Shown: positions 1 through 9,887 of the stretch, piece by piece | How positions within the stretch are numbered: position 1 is the stretch's first letter | Layout of the letters: every line of letters starts with the position of its first letter | Origin: Anaerohalosphaeraceae bacterium | GTDB taxonomy: Bacteria > Planctomycetota > Phycisphaerae > Sedimentisphaerales > Anaerohalosphaeraceae | Length of the DNA stretch: 64,000 bases | Assembly (NCBI GenBank): GCA_963675525.2 | Contig: CAXXSL010000016.1 | Location: 864,001-928,000 of the forward strand | Direction of reading: 5' to 3' | Made by a program: the position numbers and the translations under genes | Notes under the pieces: generated by a model | Database searches by the model: none | What the model saw: the letters and a program-made list of their open reading frames with translations, nothing else | What the model was told of the DNA's origin: nothing

Positions 1-1251
1 GATATTGTCTTTGATCCAAATCATAATCCCAATCATGTTTTCAGATCAGCCCTTGATTGCCTACGGTGTTCTCGAAAGCGGCGGCGGCCCGCGTTACCGG
101 TTCTTTTAACGGAAATGATAAAACAATTTACAATCTGAAAATTATCACCTCGGGACCATGCAGCGCTCTGTTTGGTGCGACAAAAGAAGCGGTCATCAAA
201 AATCTTAAGATGAAGAATACCATCGTTCTCTCAGAGGGTAACATAGCAGCCGGTTTGATTGCACTGATGGACTATGGAACCGAGTTGGATCATTGACTCT
301 GTCAGCGGTCGGATAAGCGGCGTCCAAAAAGTTGGCGGCATGGTTGGATTGGCACCCATGTATACCTATTGGCCTCCTCCGCCGGCGCATCCTGCGGCGA
401 CCATCAACAATTGTTTCAGTGAAGGAACTCGTCATCGGGTCAAATGGATGTCGGCGGATCTGGTTGGCGATTTTACGGGGCAAAATGTCACATTGCGGCA
501 GTACGTCAACCGTACAAGGCACCGGCGTGAGCATGTGGATTGGCGGATTAGTGGCTTACCACGGCTATGACGAAATATCCGACCAGAATATAATGACGCA
601 ATGTTTCAGCCGCGGGCCGGGTTTATGGAAGTGACAACAGCATGTTTGTAGGCGGCTTAGCGGGCGGGATTACAGTACCGGTTTATGATTCTTACAGTGA
701 TGGAATAGTTGCCGTTGGAAACAATAGCCAGAATATAGGGGGATTTACCGCCGTTATGAACACGGGCGGGCATTATCTCGGCATCCGGTATCGCGGTGAA
801 TTGTTACAGTGCCACACGTATCTCTGCCGGAGCAGGTAGCAGTTGGGTCGGCGCTTTCAAAACGACAGGCGGTTCATTAGAGCATTGTTACTTTCTGGCA
901 TCCGCGGGGCCGGATAATGGGTTTGGTACGCCGCTGGATGATCCGAATATGATGATTCCGGCCAATTTCTCTGGCTGGGATTTTTTGGGTGAAGACACGA
1001 ACGGAGAAAACGAAATTTGGCGGATGTGTGTGGACGGGGTGGACTATCCACGACTGAGCTGGGAGTTTGCTCAGAATGGAGACTTTGCCTGCGGTGACGG
1101 TGTGGATTTGGCGGATTTGCAGGCACTGGCAGAACATTGGCTATTGGTGGGTACGGCCCACCCTACAGAATTTAGCTACGCCTGCGATGCCAACGGTGAC
1201 GAGCAAATTGATCTGAAAGATTTCGAAGAATTGTCGGAAAACTGGCCGTAA
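1..1251 (+). CDS. Secreted GLUG-motif protein with C-terminal dockerin-like module; 5' end outside window, split by several frameshifts
   Basis: Consecutive ORF pieces in different frames carry GLUG-type motifs (FNGNDKTIYNL, ALFG, VGGMVG, IGGLVA, VGGLAG). They end in WDF..IWRMCVDGVDYPRLSWE..GDFACGDGVDLADL..DANGDEQIDLKDF..ENW, a paired Ca-binding dockerin-like motif. Confidence 0.7.
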
Positions 1252-1321
1252 TTTGCAACAGGCTTGCGTCATCGGCATCTGAAAGTATAAAGGGCAACAG
1301 ACTGATTGAAAGGAGGTCGCC

Positions 1322-2536
1322 GTGGCCAACAAAAAATATATTTTCGTTCTTTCAGCAATTATTTGCATGATGGGATGGTCCTTTAGCGGCACCTACGGCG
1401 GCGGGTCGGGGATGCCGGAAGATCCTTACCTCCTCTCGAATCCTGCGCATCTGGTTGAATTATCGGTTACCGAAGCGGACTGGAGGTGGGATTTTGTTTG
1501 ACAGCGGATATCGATATGACAGGCGTCAACATCACGCCTATAGGTTTGTTTACCGGTGTATTTGACGGCGACGGCCACACAATCAGTAATTTGACGTTTG
1601 ATTCGGCTGTGGGCCTTGTGGGATTATTCCGATTTATCGGATATGAGGATTACGGAGTGCCCGGTATTGTCAAAAATCTTCACCTGGAAACGTTTCCATC
1701 ACCGGCGGGGCTGGGTGTCGGGCGATCACCGGTGTGCTTTCTGTGGGGGAAATTTTTAATTGTTCGGCAACGGGTAGCGTACACGGGTATTGGGGAGATA
1801 TTAATTACACGGTTCGTGCCGGTGGCATTGCCGGAAGCGTCGGCTCTGACGGTTCGATTCATCAATGCTGGTCGGCCCTGCTCAGTGAGCGCTGCATATG
1901 TACAAGGGGTACAGAACGCCTACGTGGCGGACTTGTCGGACAGGAATTATGGAACGGTTTCTGACTGTTATTCGCTTGGTTCGGTATCGGGCGAATATGC
2001 CGGAGGTTTGTTGGCTTATTGTATAATACATCATATCCTAACGCCAGCATCAGTAATTGTTACAGTACCGGGCATGTCGAGCAAAGCAGTCGTTTGCCGG
2101 GGGGTTTGCAGGGCAGTATTGGAGCGGGACGTTTACGGATTGTTTCTGGGATACGGAAACCGGTGGGACGACAGATGCAATTGGTGATGGTTCGGCAACC
2201 GGGATTCTGGGCAGGACGACAACCGACATGAAAACACAGGCAACCTTTACCGACTACACGTGGGATTTTCTGGGTGAGGATACAAACGGTGAAAATGAAA
2301 TCTGGCGGATGTGTGTTGATGGGGTTGAGTATCCGCGGCTGAGTTGGGGAGTTTTCCAGAAATGGTGACTTTGCCTGCGAAGACGGCGTGGATTTGGCGA
2401 TTTGCAGGCACTGGCCGAGCATTGGCTATTGGTGGGCACGGCCCACCCTACAGAATTTAACTACGCCTGCGATGCCAACGGTGACGAACAGATCGACTTG
2501 CAGGATTTCTCGGTGCTGGGTAAAAATTGGCAGTGA
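1322..2536 (+). CDS. Second secreted GLUG-motif protein with dockerin-like C-terminus, frameshifted
   Basis: AGGAGG RBS, then GTG at 1322, a signal peptide and GGGSGMPEDPY. Later motifs are LTADIDM, FTGVFDGDGHTISNL and AGGIAG/AGGLLA/AGGFAG. The C-terminal module is closely similar to that of the first gene; stop TGA at 2534-2536. Confidence 0.72.
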
Positions 2537-2682
2537 ATACCAAGCAGAGGGCAATAGGCAGAAGGCAGAAAACCCGTGTTTCCTGGGGTATTGACTTTTG
2601 GGTGGGATTAGGTATTCTATGACTCTTTCGGGTATCTGAAGAGTCACTATTACGGCTGGAATGGTCGGAGAACAAACCACGT

Positions 2683-3129
2683 ATGGAACCACTTGAAGCG
2701 GGGCTGCCTGTTGAGGCGGCCAACCCCTGCATCACCTGCGGGGCGTGCTGTGCTTATTTTCGTGCATCTTTTTACTGGGCCGAGACTGACGTGTCTGCCG
2801 GCGGAACCGTTCCGGCTGACCTGACGGAAAAGCTCAATGATTTCCGCGCGTTGATGCGCGGCACCAACGGGACGAATCCCCGCTGTATCGCGCTGCTGGG
2901 CCAGATCGGTCAGAGCGTCGGATGCAGTATCTATGCCCTTCGCGCCTCGGTCTGCCATGATTTCAAGATGTCCTGGGAGAACGGCATCCACAATGACCGT
3001 TGCGATAAGGCCCGCGCGGCGTGGGGACTGCCACCGTTAGAGCCGCCGGCAATACTGCCGACCGGCGAGCCGGAAAATCCCGATGATGTCAATCCGCCCA
3101 ACCGACCGCTTGTTCCGTTTGCGGCGTAA
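2683..3129 (+). CDS. YkgJ-family (CxxCxxCC) cysteine-cluster Fe-S/zinc protein
   Basis: CITCGACC motif plus RCIAL..CSIY..R..VC..RCDKAR pattern. Confidence 0.85.
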   Translation: MEPLEAGLPVEAANPCITCGACCAYFRASFYWAETDVSAGGTVPADLTEKLNDFRALMRGTNGTNPRCIALLGQIGQSVGCSIYALRASVCHDFKMSWENGIHNDRCDKARAAWGLPPLEPPAILPTGEPENPDDVNPPNRPLVPFAA

Positions 3130-3237
3130 GAGAAGGACGATTGGGGCTTGGGGGAGTTTTGCTTGCAATATATCACAGATCGGCTTCGTTCTTGTTTAAC
3201 GACGGAAAAAACCCAATATCAAACAGAACGGGAGTTA

Positions 3238-4124
3238 ATGATGCGTTATCTGGCGTTGATATGCTGTATCTTTGTCATGGCCGGCTGCATGTCCGCTGCG
3301 AAATCTAAACAAGCCTCTCCAAGGCTCCGGCAGAAGTGTATGCGGCTGAAGGCTATGCACTGGTTTGGTCGGATGAGTTCAATACTGACGGCCCGCCGGA
3401 CCCCAACAACTGGACGCATGAACAGGGATTTATGCGGAACCAAGAACTCCAGTGGTATCAGTTGGACAATGCCTTTTGCGAAAACGGGTGGCTGATTATC
3501 GAAGGACGGCGGGAAAACCTGTCGAATCCCCAGTACGATCCCGAAAGCCGCCGCTGGCAGCGCAGCCGGGAGCAGGCGGAGTATACATCGGCCTGCCTGA
3601 AAACGGTTGGGCTGCAGGAGTGGCTGTATGGACGATTCGAAATACGTGCACGCATCGACACCCGGCCGGGACTGTGGCCGGCGATCTGGACATTGGGTTC
3701 GGCTCGCGGGTGGCCGGGCTGCGGCGAGATCGATATCATGGAGTATTACGACGACAGTATTCTCGCAAATGCCTGCTGGGTTGGCGGCCAGTCCGAAAGA
3801 CGCAGAGGACAACGGGCAGTGTGGGACGGTGCGAAGAAACCGATCAGCGAATTTAATGACCCGGCGTGGGGCTCCAAAATCCATGTCTGGCGAATGGATT
3901 GGGATGAAAATGCCATCCAGCTTTTTGTCGATGACACATTGCTCAATACCATCGAGATCGAAAAAACCATCAATGAGCGTTCAGGAATCACACCATTTCG
4001 GGAACCGCACTATCTCCTGCTTAATCTGGCGATCGGCGGCGACCGCGGCGGTGATCCGTCGCAAACCACATTTCCCTCACGATACGAGATCGATTATGTG
4101 CGGGTGTATCAAAAACAGCCCTAA
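3238..4124 (+). CDS. GH16 beta-1,3-glucanase/laminarinase-like lipoprotein; frameshift near 3300-3335
   Basis: Catalytic EIDIME motif, LVWSDEF, GLWPAIW and IDYVRVYQ. The lipoprotein signal MMRYLALICCIFVMAGC lies in a different frame from the catalytic domain. Confidence 0.88.
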
Positions 4125-4211
4125 AAGAAACCAATCTAATAATTGTTTACGAATCTTTCATTTCAATGTAATATATCTTGAACAAACTAACATTAATTTG
4201 TGAGAGGCATT

Positions 4212-6897
4212 ATGAATAAACGAACGGTTGTTTGGACCTTGATACTGTTTTTAAGCGCGGCTGTTTATGCGGCCGGTGAACAGGGGGCGGTTTATAAGGA
4301 TACTTCTGCTGATTTTGAATCGCGTGCGGCGGACTTGGTTGAGCGGATGACGCTGGAGGAAAAGATTTCCCAGTTGGGCGATAACGCCCCGGGTATTGAG
4401 CGGCTTGGGGTCCCGGCATATAACTGGTGGAATGAGTGTCTGCATGGCGTTGCGCGGGCGGGTGTTGCGACGGTTTTCCCGCAGGCGATCGGTATGGCGG
4501 CGACGTTTGATCGTTCAATAATGTATGATACGGCCTGCATCATCAGCGATGAGGCGCGGGCCAAACATCACGAATTTGCTCGCAATCATGATTACGGTCG
4601 CTATAAAGGGCTGACGTTCTGGTCGCCGAATATCAATATTTTCCGTGACCCCCGCTGGGGCCGGGGGCATGAGACCTACGGCGAAGACCCTTATTTAACC
4701 GGTCAGATGGGCATTCAGTTTGTGCGCGGCTTGCAGGGCGACGACCCGAAATATCTCAAGCTTGTTGCGACTGCCAAGCATTATGCGGTTCATAACGGGC
4801 CGGAGCCCGACCGGCACACCTTTAACGCGGTTGTGAATGCGCGCGATCTGTGGGAAACGTATTTGCCTGCGTTTTACGACCTGGTTGTTACCGGTAAGGC
4901 ATATTCTGTGATGGGGGCGTATAACCGAGTCGATGGCGAGTCGGCCTCGGCTAGTTGGATGCTGCTGGACGACATTCTCCGCAAGCAATGGAAATTTGAT
5001 GGGTATGTCGTATCCGATTGCGGTGCGATCCGGGATATTTATGCCAATCACAAGATCGTTAGTGACGCAGAAGAAGCGGCCGCGATCGGTGTTCGCAGAG
5101 GCTGTGACCTGAACTGTGGGGGCGTGTATCAACAGTCACTGCTGGAGTCCGTCAGAGATGGGCTGATCGATGAAGGGGAGATCGACCTGGCGGTTTATCG
5201 TTTGATGCTGGCTCGCATGAAGCTGGGGATGTTTGACCCGCCGGAGATGGTGCCGTATGCGCAGATTCCTTATTCGGTCAACAATTGTGAAAAACATAGC
5301 GAAGCGGCGCTGGCGATGGCCCGCAAGTCGATGACGCTGTTGAAGAACGAGGGGCTGTTGCCGCTGGATAAAAGCAAGATCAAAACGATTGCGGTTGTGG
5401 GTCCGAATGCGGACAGTGTAGCGGCTTTGCGCGGCAATTACTTCGGAGATGCGTCGAGTCCTGTGACTGTTCTGGAAGGAATTCGACAGGCCGTGGGCGA
5501 TAAGGTCCAGGTGCTATACTCGTTGGGATGCCCCCTGGCTGAAGGCGTTGGCGAGGCCGCTTTCCCGATTGTTGATTCGAAATACTTGTTTACCACCGAC
5601 GATACGGGCCGGGATGTTCATGGTTTAAAAGGAAACTATTACCGCGGTGTAAGTCTGCAGGGCGAACCGGTGATGAGCCGTATTGACAGCGGTATCAAGA
5701 TGGACTGGGGATACACCTCGCCCACGACAACAGCGATCGCTCAGGGTATTTTGTCTGCAGACAGAAAAATCGATAATGATAATTTTTCGGTACGGTGGAC
5801 CGGACAACTTCTCGCCCCCGTCAGCGGCGAATACAAGTTGGGTGTGACATCCGACGATGGGTGCCGGCTCTATGTTGACGGAAAAAAGATCATCGACGGC
5901 TGGTCGAAACATGCAATGGAAGCGTTTGTCGCTGATATCACGCTGGAGGAAGGTAAACGCTATGACATAACGATTGAATATTATGAGGAAAGCCAGCATG
6001 CGGGCATTCACTTTGTCTGGGTGCAGCCCGAATCGGGAAAACCTCCCAACGCAGACTATTGCCCACCAGACGATTGAAGATGTGTCAAAAGCAGACGTGG
6101 CGATCTTTGTAGGCGGGCTTGACGCGAATTTAGAAGGTGAAGAAATGCGACTTGAGGTAGAAGGTTTCAATCGCGGTGACCGTACGAAAATAGAACTGCC
6201 TGCGGTTCAGTTGGAAACACTCAGAGCGATCCAGAAAACCGGAACGCCGGTTGTGTTCGTTCTGTTGGCGGGCAGCTCGATTGCCTTTGATGGAGTAGAT
6301 ACAAACACTCCGGCGATTCTGATGGCGTGGTATCCCGGTCAGCGCGGCGGCGATGCGGTGGCGGATGTGCTGTTCGGTGAGTACAATCCGGCTGGGCGAC
6401 TGCCCGTTACGTTCTATACATCAACAGATGAACTGGGCGATTTCAGCGATTACCACATGGTCGGCGGCAAGGGCAAGACCTACCGTTATTATCAGGGCAA
6501 GCCGTTGTATCCGTTTGGGCACGGGCTCAGTTTTACGACGTTTAAGTATTCGGACATGATAATCAGTCGGGACGAAATCGGTGCCGATGAGACGGTGACG
6601 GTTTCGGTGGATGTGGTCAATACCGGCACGCGGGACGGCGAGGAAGTCGTGCAGTTGTATGTGCGCGAGGTGAAATCGCCGCGGCCGATGCCGGTCAAGC
6701 AGCTTCGGGGATTTGAACGTGTGTTTCTGGAAAAGGGTCAAAAGAAGACCGTTACCTTCAAACTAAAGCCCATAGAAGATATGCGTTATTACGATGCTCA
6801 GCAACAGCAATATCAAGTAGAACCCGGCGAATTTGAAATTCAGATCGGTGCTTCCAGCAGTGATATCCGGCAAAAGGACACGCTTACGGTGAAGTGA
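4212..6897 (+). CDS. GH3 beta-glucosidase/beta-xylosidase with PA14 insert and FnIII-like C-terminus; +1 frameshift at about 6027
   Basis: WWNECLHG, RDPRWGRGHETYGEDP, KHYA, VVSDCGA, a PA14 segment (FSVRWTG..SDDG), then YPFGHGLS and GEEVVQLY in the second frame. Removing one C in CAGCCCGAAT joins the two ORFs. Confidence 0.92.
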
Positions 6898-6989
6898 TGC
6901 GGGATTTGAACAGATCATCTTGCAATTTGGCCTGATTTATGGGAAACTCCCATCGATATATGAACTGCTTTTGAGTTGATGGAGAAACC

Positions 6990-7913
6990 ATGGGACTGTT
7001 TAGCAAGACCGTACAATATTTAAAAGAACATCTGGGCAAGACTCGCCAGAAAATCGCCTCGTCACTGTCGGCGGTGCTGACGCTGGGCCGGGATATCGAC
7101 GATGATTTGCTGGATCAGCTTGAGGAAACGCTTATCAGCGATGATATCGGTGTCGAAACGACCGCGCGGTTGATTGAAGACCTTCGCAGTGCCTATAAAA
7201 AAGGACAGATCAAGAAAACCGACGACGTCCTGCCATTCTTAAAAGAGCAGATGAAAAGCTGCTGGCCGGAATTGGACCGCCAACTCAATATGGCGCCATC
7301 GGGTCCGACCGTCATTCTGGTCGCGGGCATCAACGGCTCCGGCAAGACAACCAGCATCGCAAAACTGGCCTATATGCTCAACAAAAGCGGCAAAAAGGTT
7401 ATTGTTGCCGCCTGTGACACTTTCCGCGCTGCGGCGGTGGAGCAATTGACCATCTGGTCGGAACGCATTGGCGTTCAGATCGTCAAGCACAAATCCGGTG
7501 CCGACCCGGCGGCGGTGGCCTATGATGCCTGCCAAGCGGCGATATCGCGAGACGTCGACTACCTGATCATTGACACAGCGGGGCGGCTTCACACGCAAAG
7601 GCATTTGATGGAAGAACTTACGAAAATTCGTAATGTCATTACCAAGCACATCCCCGATGCCCCACACGAGGTGATCCTCGTCGTGGACGGCACCACCGGG
7701 CAAAACGCCATCATGCAGGCCAAGATCTTTACCAAGGCCATTAATGTAACAGGTATCTTTTTAGCGAAACTGGACGGCACCGCCCGCGGCGGTATCGTTA
7801 TAGCCATCAAGGACATGCTGGATATCCCGGTCAAGTTTGTCGGGTTAGGCGAAACACCCGAGGATATCGCCGAATTCGACCCGGACGGATTTGTTGAAGC
7901 ACTGTTTAATTAG
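6990..7913 (+). CDS. ftsY: Signal recognition particle receptor FtsY
   Basis: GINGSGKTT, DTFRAAA, DTAGR, KLDGTARGG and GLGE motifs. Confidence 0.97.
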   Translation: MGLFSKTVQYLKEHLGKTRQKIASSLSAVLTLGRDIDDDLLDQLEETLISDDIGVETTARLIEDLRSAYKKGQIKKTDDVLPFLKEQMKSCWPELDRQLNMAPSGPTVILVAGINGSGKTTSIAKLAYMLNKSGKKVIVAACDTFRAAAVEQLTIWSERIGVQIVKHKSGADPAAVAYDACQAAISRDVDYLIIDTAGRLHTQRHLMEELTKIRNVITKHIPDAPHEVILVVDGTTGQNAIMQAKIFTKAINVTGIFLAKLDGTARGGIVIAIKDMLDIPVKFVGLGETPEDIAEFDPDGFVEALFN

Positions 7914-8048
7914 CCTATTTAATACACACGTAAACAATCTTCTGCACATAGAAAAATATTTCACATGGACAGAACACCTTAAAATTTCACCAAAATACAC
8001 ATAACTACATATAAAAAAAAATACTTAGGTCGTATTCTCCAAACCGAA

Positions 8049-8146
8049 AAATAATATGTGTTGTTTCTGTTTACAAAAAAAACACATATTATTTGTAGTT
8101 TGTCGTTGACATATTTGTTTTTCACGTTTATTATTAGAAACAAATA
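8049..8146 (+). promoter_or_regulatory. Sigma70-type promoter TTGACA(8106-8111)-17-TATTAT(8129-8134) with two inverted repeats (candidate operators)
   Basis: Perfect 14-bp IR AAATAATATGTGTT (8049-8062) / AACACATATTATTT (8081-8094). A 9-bp IR TATTTGTTT (8112-8120) / AAACAAATA (8138-8146) straddles the -10 box. Confidence 0.6.
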
Positions 8147-8176
8147 GTTTTTATTAGATATCTGAAAGGCAAAATT

Positions 8177-8641
8177 ATGGCCGTAAATATTACCATTACA
8201 GTACCCGAAGGGTTGCACGAAAGACTTCAAAAGGTCAAAAAGAATTTTAATGTCTCTTGGATTTGCCAAGAGGCAATCGGATTTGAAGTCAAAAGGCAGG
8301 AATTACTCCAAAGCGGTGTTGAAAACGATCAAGATGTAATTGAACGGCTTCGACTCGAAAAAGCGGAGTTAGCTAAGAAATCTTATGACTTGGGCTATAA
8401 GGCAGGTTTAAGTATTGCTAAGTATAGTTCTTATAACGATTTTCTTAAGTTAGATAGTCTAAGAAACCATGGTCCATGGGAAGCCATGTTCGAATTTTTA
8501 GGAAGCGAAGATTGGTTGTACATAGATACTGATTTCGATGAATATGAAGAAGAATTTCCGGGGCTGGATTCAGATCTTTTTGCAAAGGGCTGTTTTGCAG
8601 CGGTTGTGGATTTCTATGACAAGATTAAAGACCAGTTGTAA
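8177..8641 (+). CDS. Hypothetical protein with N-terminal ribbon-helix-helix (CcdA/antitoxin-like) domain and acidic C-terminus
   Basis: NITITVPEGLHERLQKVK..NVSWICQEAI matches an RHH pattern, followed by a coiled region and a D/E-rich tail; AT-rich codon usage. Confidence 0.6.
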   Translation: MAVNITITVPEGLHERLQKVKKNFNVSWICQEAIGFEVKRQELLQSGVENDQDVIERLRLEKAELAKKSYDLGYKAGLSIAKYSSYNDFLKLDSLRNHGPWEAMFEFLGSEDWLYIDTDFDEYEEEFPGLDSDLFAKGCFAAVVDFYDKIKDQL

Positions 8642-8668
8642 TATTAACCAATATTAAGGAGGTTAGCG

Positions 8669-9172
8669 ATGTCGAATAATTTTGATTTTGCACGGTGTTT
8701 TGCTCCCGATGTTGCCGATCGTTTAAACAGGGCTGATGACTATCTGGCGTATCATGAGGATTCGGTGGCTGCCCTTGAGTCTGCCGGCACAGCACTGGAG
8801 CAACTTGTTAAACATATCGCGATCAAAGAGGGGTTATCAGATACAGACTTCTTTGGTCTACGTCTAGAAGAAAAAATTGAATACCTCGAAAAGAAATCAA
8901 GCTGCCCCCACAAGATTATCACTTGGATGAGTTTTATTCGAAAGAAAAGGAATAAGGCCTCTCATCGAAATGAAGCCAGAGAATATGATGCAGGCGTTGC
9001 CCTTAAAAACGCACATCGTATTTTAAAATGGTGTGTTGAGAATTATCAACTTGGAATCGCGACGGATTATATGGAAAGGGGTTATAGCGATGGGCCGGTG
9101 GTTTGCATTCAAGGTTCATTAAGGCCGTTGAATCATAATCTCCGGCAAAATACACTTTTAGTAATGATGTGA
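8669..9172 (+). CDS. HEPN-superfamily / DUF4145 protein, resembling the isolated N-terminal domain of type I HsdR proteins
   Basis: RNKASH (Rx4H) motif, upstream TALEQL glutamate, SNNFDF start; AAGGAGG RBS. Confidence 0.65.
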   Translation: MSNNFDFARCFAPDVADRLNRADDYLAYHEDSVAALESAGTALEQLVKHIAIKEGLSDTDFFGLRLEEKIEYLEKKSSCPHKIITWMSFIRKKRNKASHRNEAREYDAGVALKNAHRILKWCVENYQLGIATDYMERGYSDGPVVCIQGSLRPLNHNLRQNTLLVMM

Positions 9173-9203
9173 CGGATTTGTCACAGTAAAGGAAAGGGAA
9201 AAC

Positions 9204-9451
9204 ATGACAATTCTTCAAGTAATGACAAGATTTCTTTATGGCATCCCAAGTTGGAGTAAGACTTTAACAACTGACGGTGTCTGTTTAATGTCATATGGAG
9301 TTGTGATAGCAAGATGGTCGAAAGGTCGTATTCTTATGCCTGAGACTGATGTATTTACTGCAGAACGACAGAAAGGCATCGAAAAAAAATAAAAACCCTA
9401 GCAACAAGCCTCAAAATCCCCATCTTAAAAGAGTCTGACTGTCTTGTTTAG
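9204..9451 (+). CDS. Small hypothetical protein; stop at 9392 as assembled, probably extends to 9451 if one A is missing from the A8 run at 9382-9389
   Basis: Purine-rich RBS; LTTDG..LMSYG..IARW motif. Adding one A gives the extension IKTLATSLKIPILKESDCLV*. Confidence 0.45.
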
Positions 9452-9531
9452 CGGCAATTTCTTAGATTCTTTTTTCTTTAAAGGTTCATTGTTTGATGAG
9501 TATAGTTTTTCACAGTTGGCTGTTATAAGCC

Positions 9532-9559
9532 TTGACAAAGGGTGAGCTTAGATTATAAT
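9532..9559 (+). promoter_or_regulatory. Consensus sigma70 promoter for the nusA-infB operon
   Basis: TTGACA (9532-9537), 16-bp spacer, TATAAT (9554-9559). Confidence 0.7.
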
Positions 9560-9830
9560 CACAGTTTCTGAGAAATTTGATTGGATAGGAATAAGGACGT
9601 GATGATGATTCGATTAGGAAAAGTAAGTCGTGCATACGCATAGGGTTACAGGTGACCCGGCGGGCATTTTGCCGCTGCGCAACCGGCTTCTTTTGAATGA
9701 TAGACGCTCTTCAGTGACTTTGCAGAACGCGTGTTTTGGGAGGGTATCATGAACTGAGGGTAGGACAAATTTTGTTCAACCCGGCCCGGAAATATGATTC
9801 TTCGGGCCTGTTTGTGTTCTGTGTGAGTCG

Positions 9831-9861
9831 AAGTGGCAACCCGAAGGTTTCCACTTTTTTT
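9831..9861 (+). terminator. Intrinsic terminator/attenuator in the nusA leader (rimP/nusA-leader-like)
   Basis: Hairpin AAGTGG-C-AACC-CGAA-GGTT-T-CCACTT followed by a T run, about 25 nt before the nusA ATG. Confidence 0.65.
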
Positions 9862-9887
9862 ATTTTGGTGCAAAGGAAAAGGACAAG

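Noticed and set aside
975..2536. Possible DGR template/variable repeat pair in the duplicated C-terminal segments
   Set aside because: Differences are mostly synonymous and not confined to adenines, both copies are coding, and there is no reverse transcriptase in the window.
9460..9510. Possible duplicated ftsY 3' end marking the islet boundary
   Set aside because: The similarity (..SLFDE versus ..ALFN) is too short and weak to support.
9600..9830. SRP (4.5S) RNA, 6S RNA or tRNA near ftsY/nusA
   Set aside because: There is no SRP domain IV motif (CAGG..GGAAG..AGCAG), no cloverleaf or T-loop, and only a short chance-level resemblance to 6S. Kept only as an unnamed structured leader.
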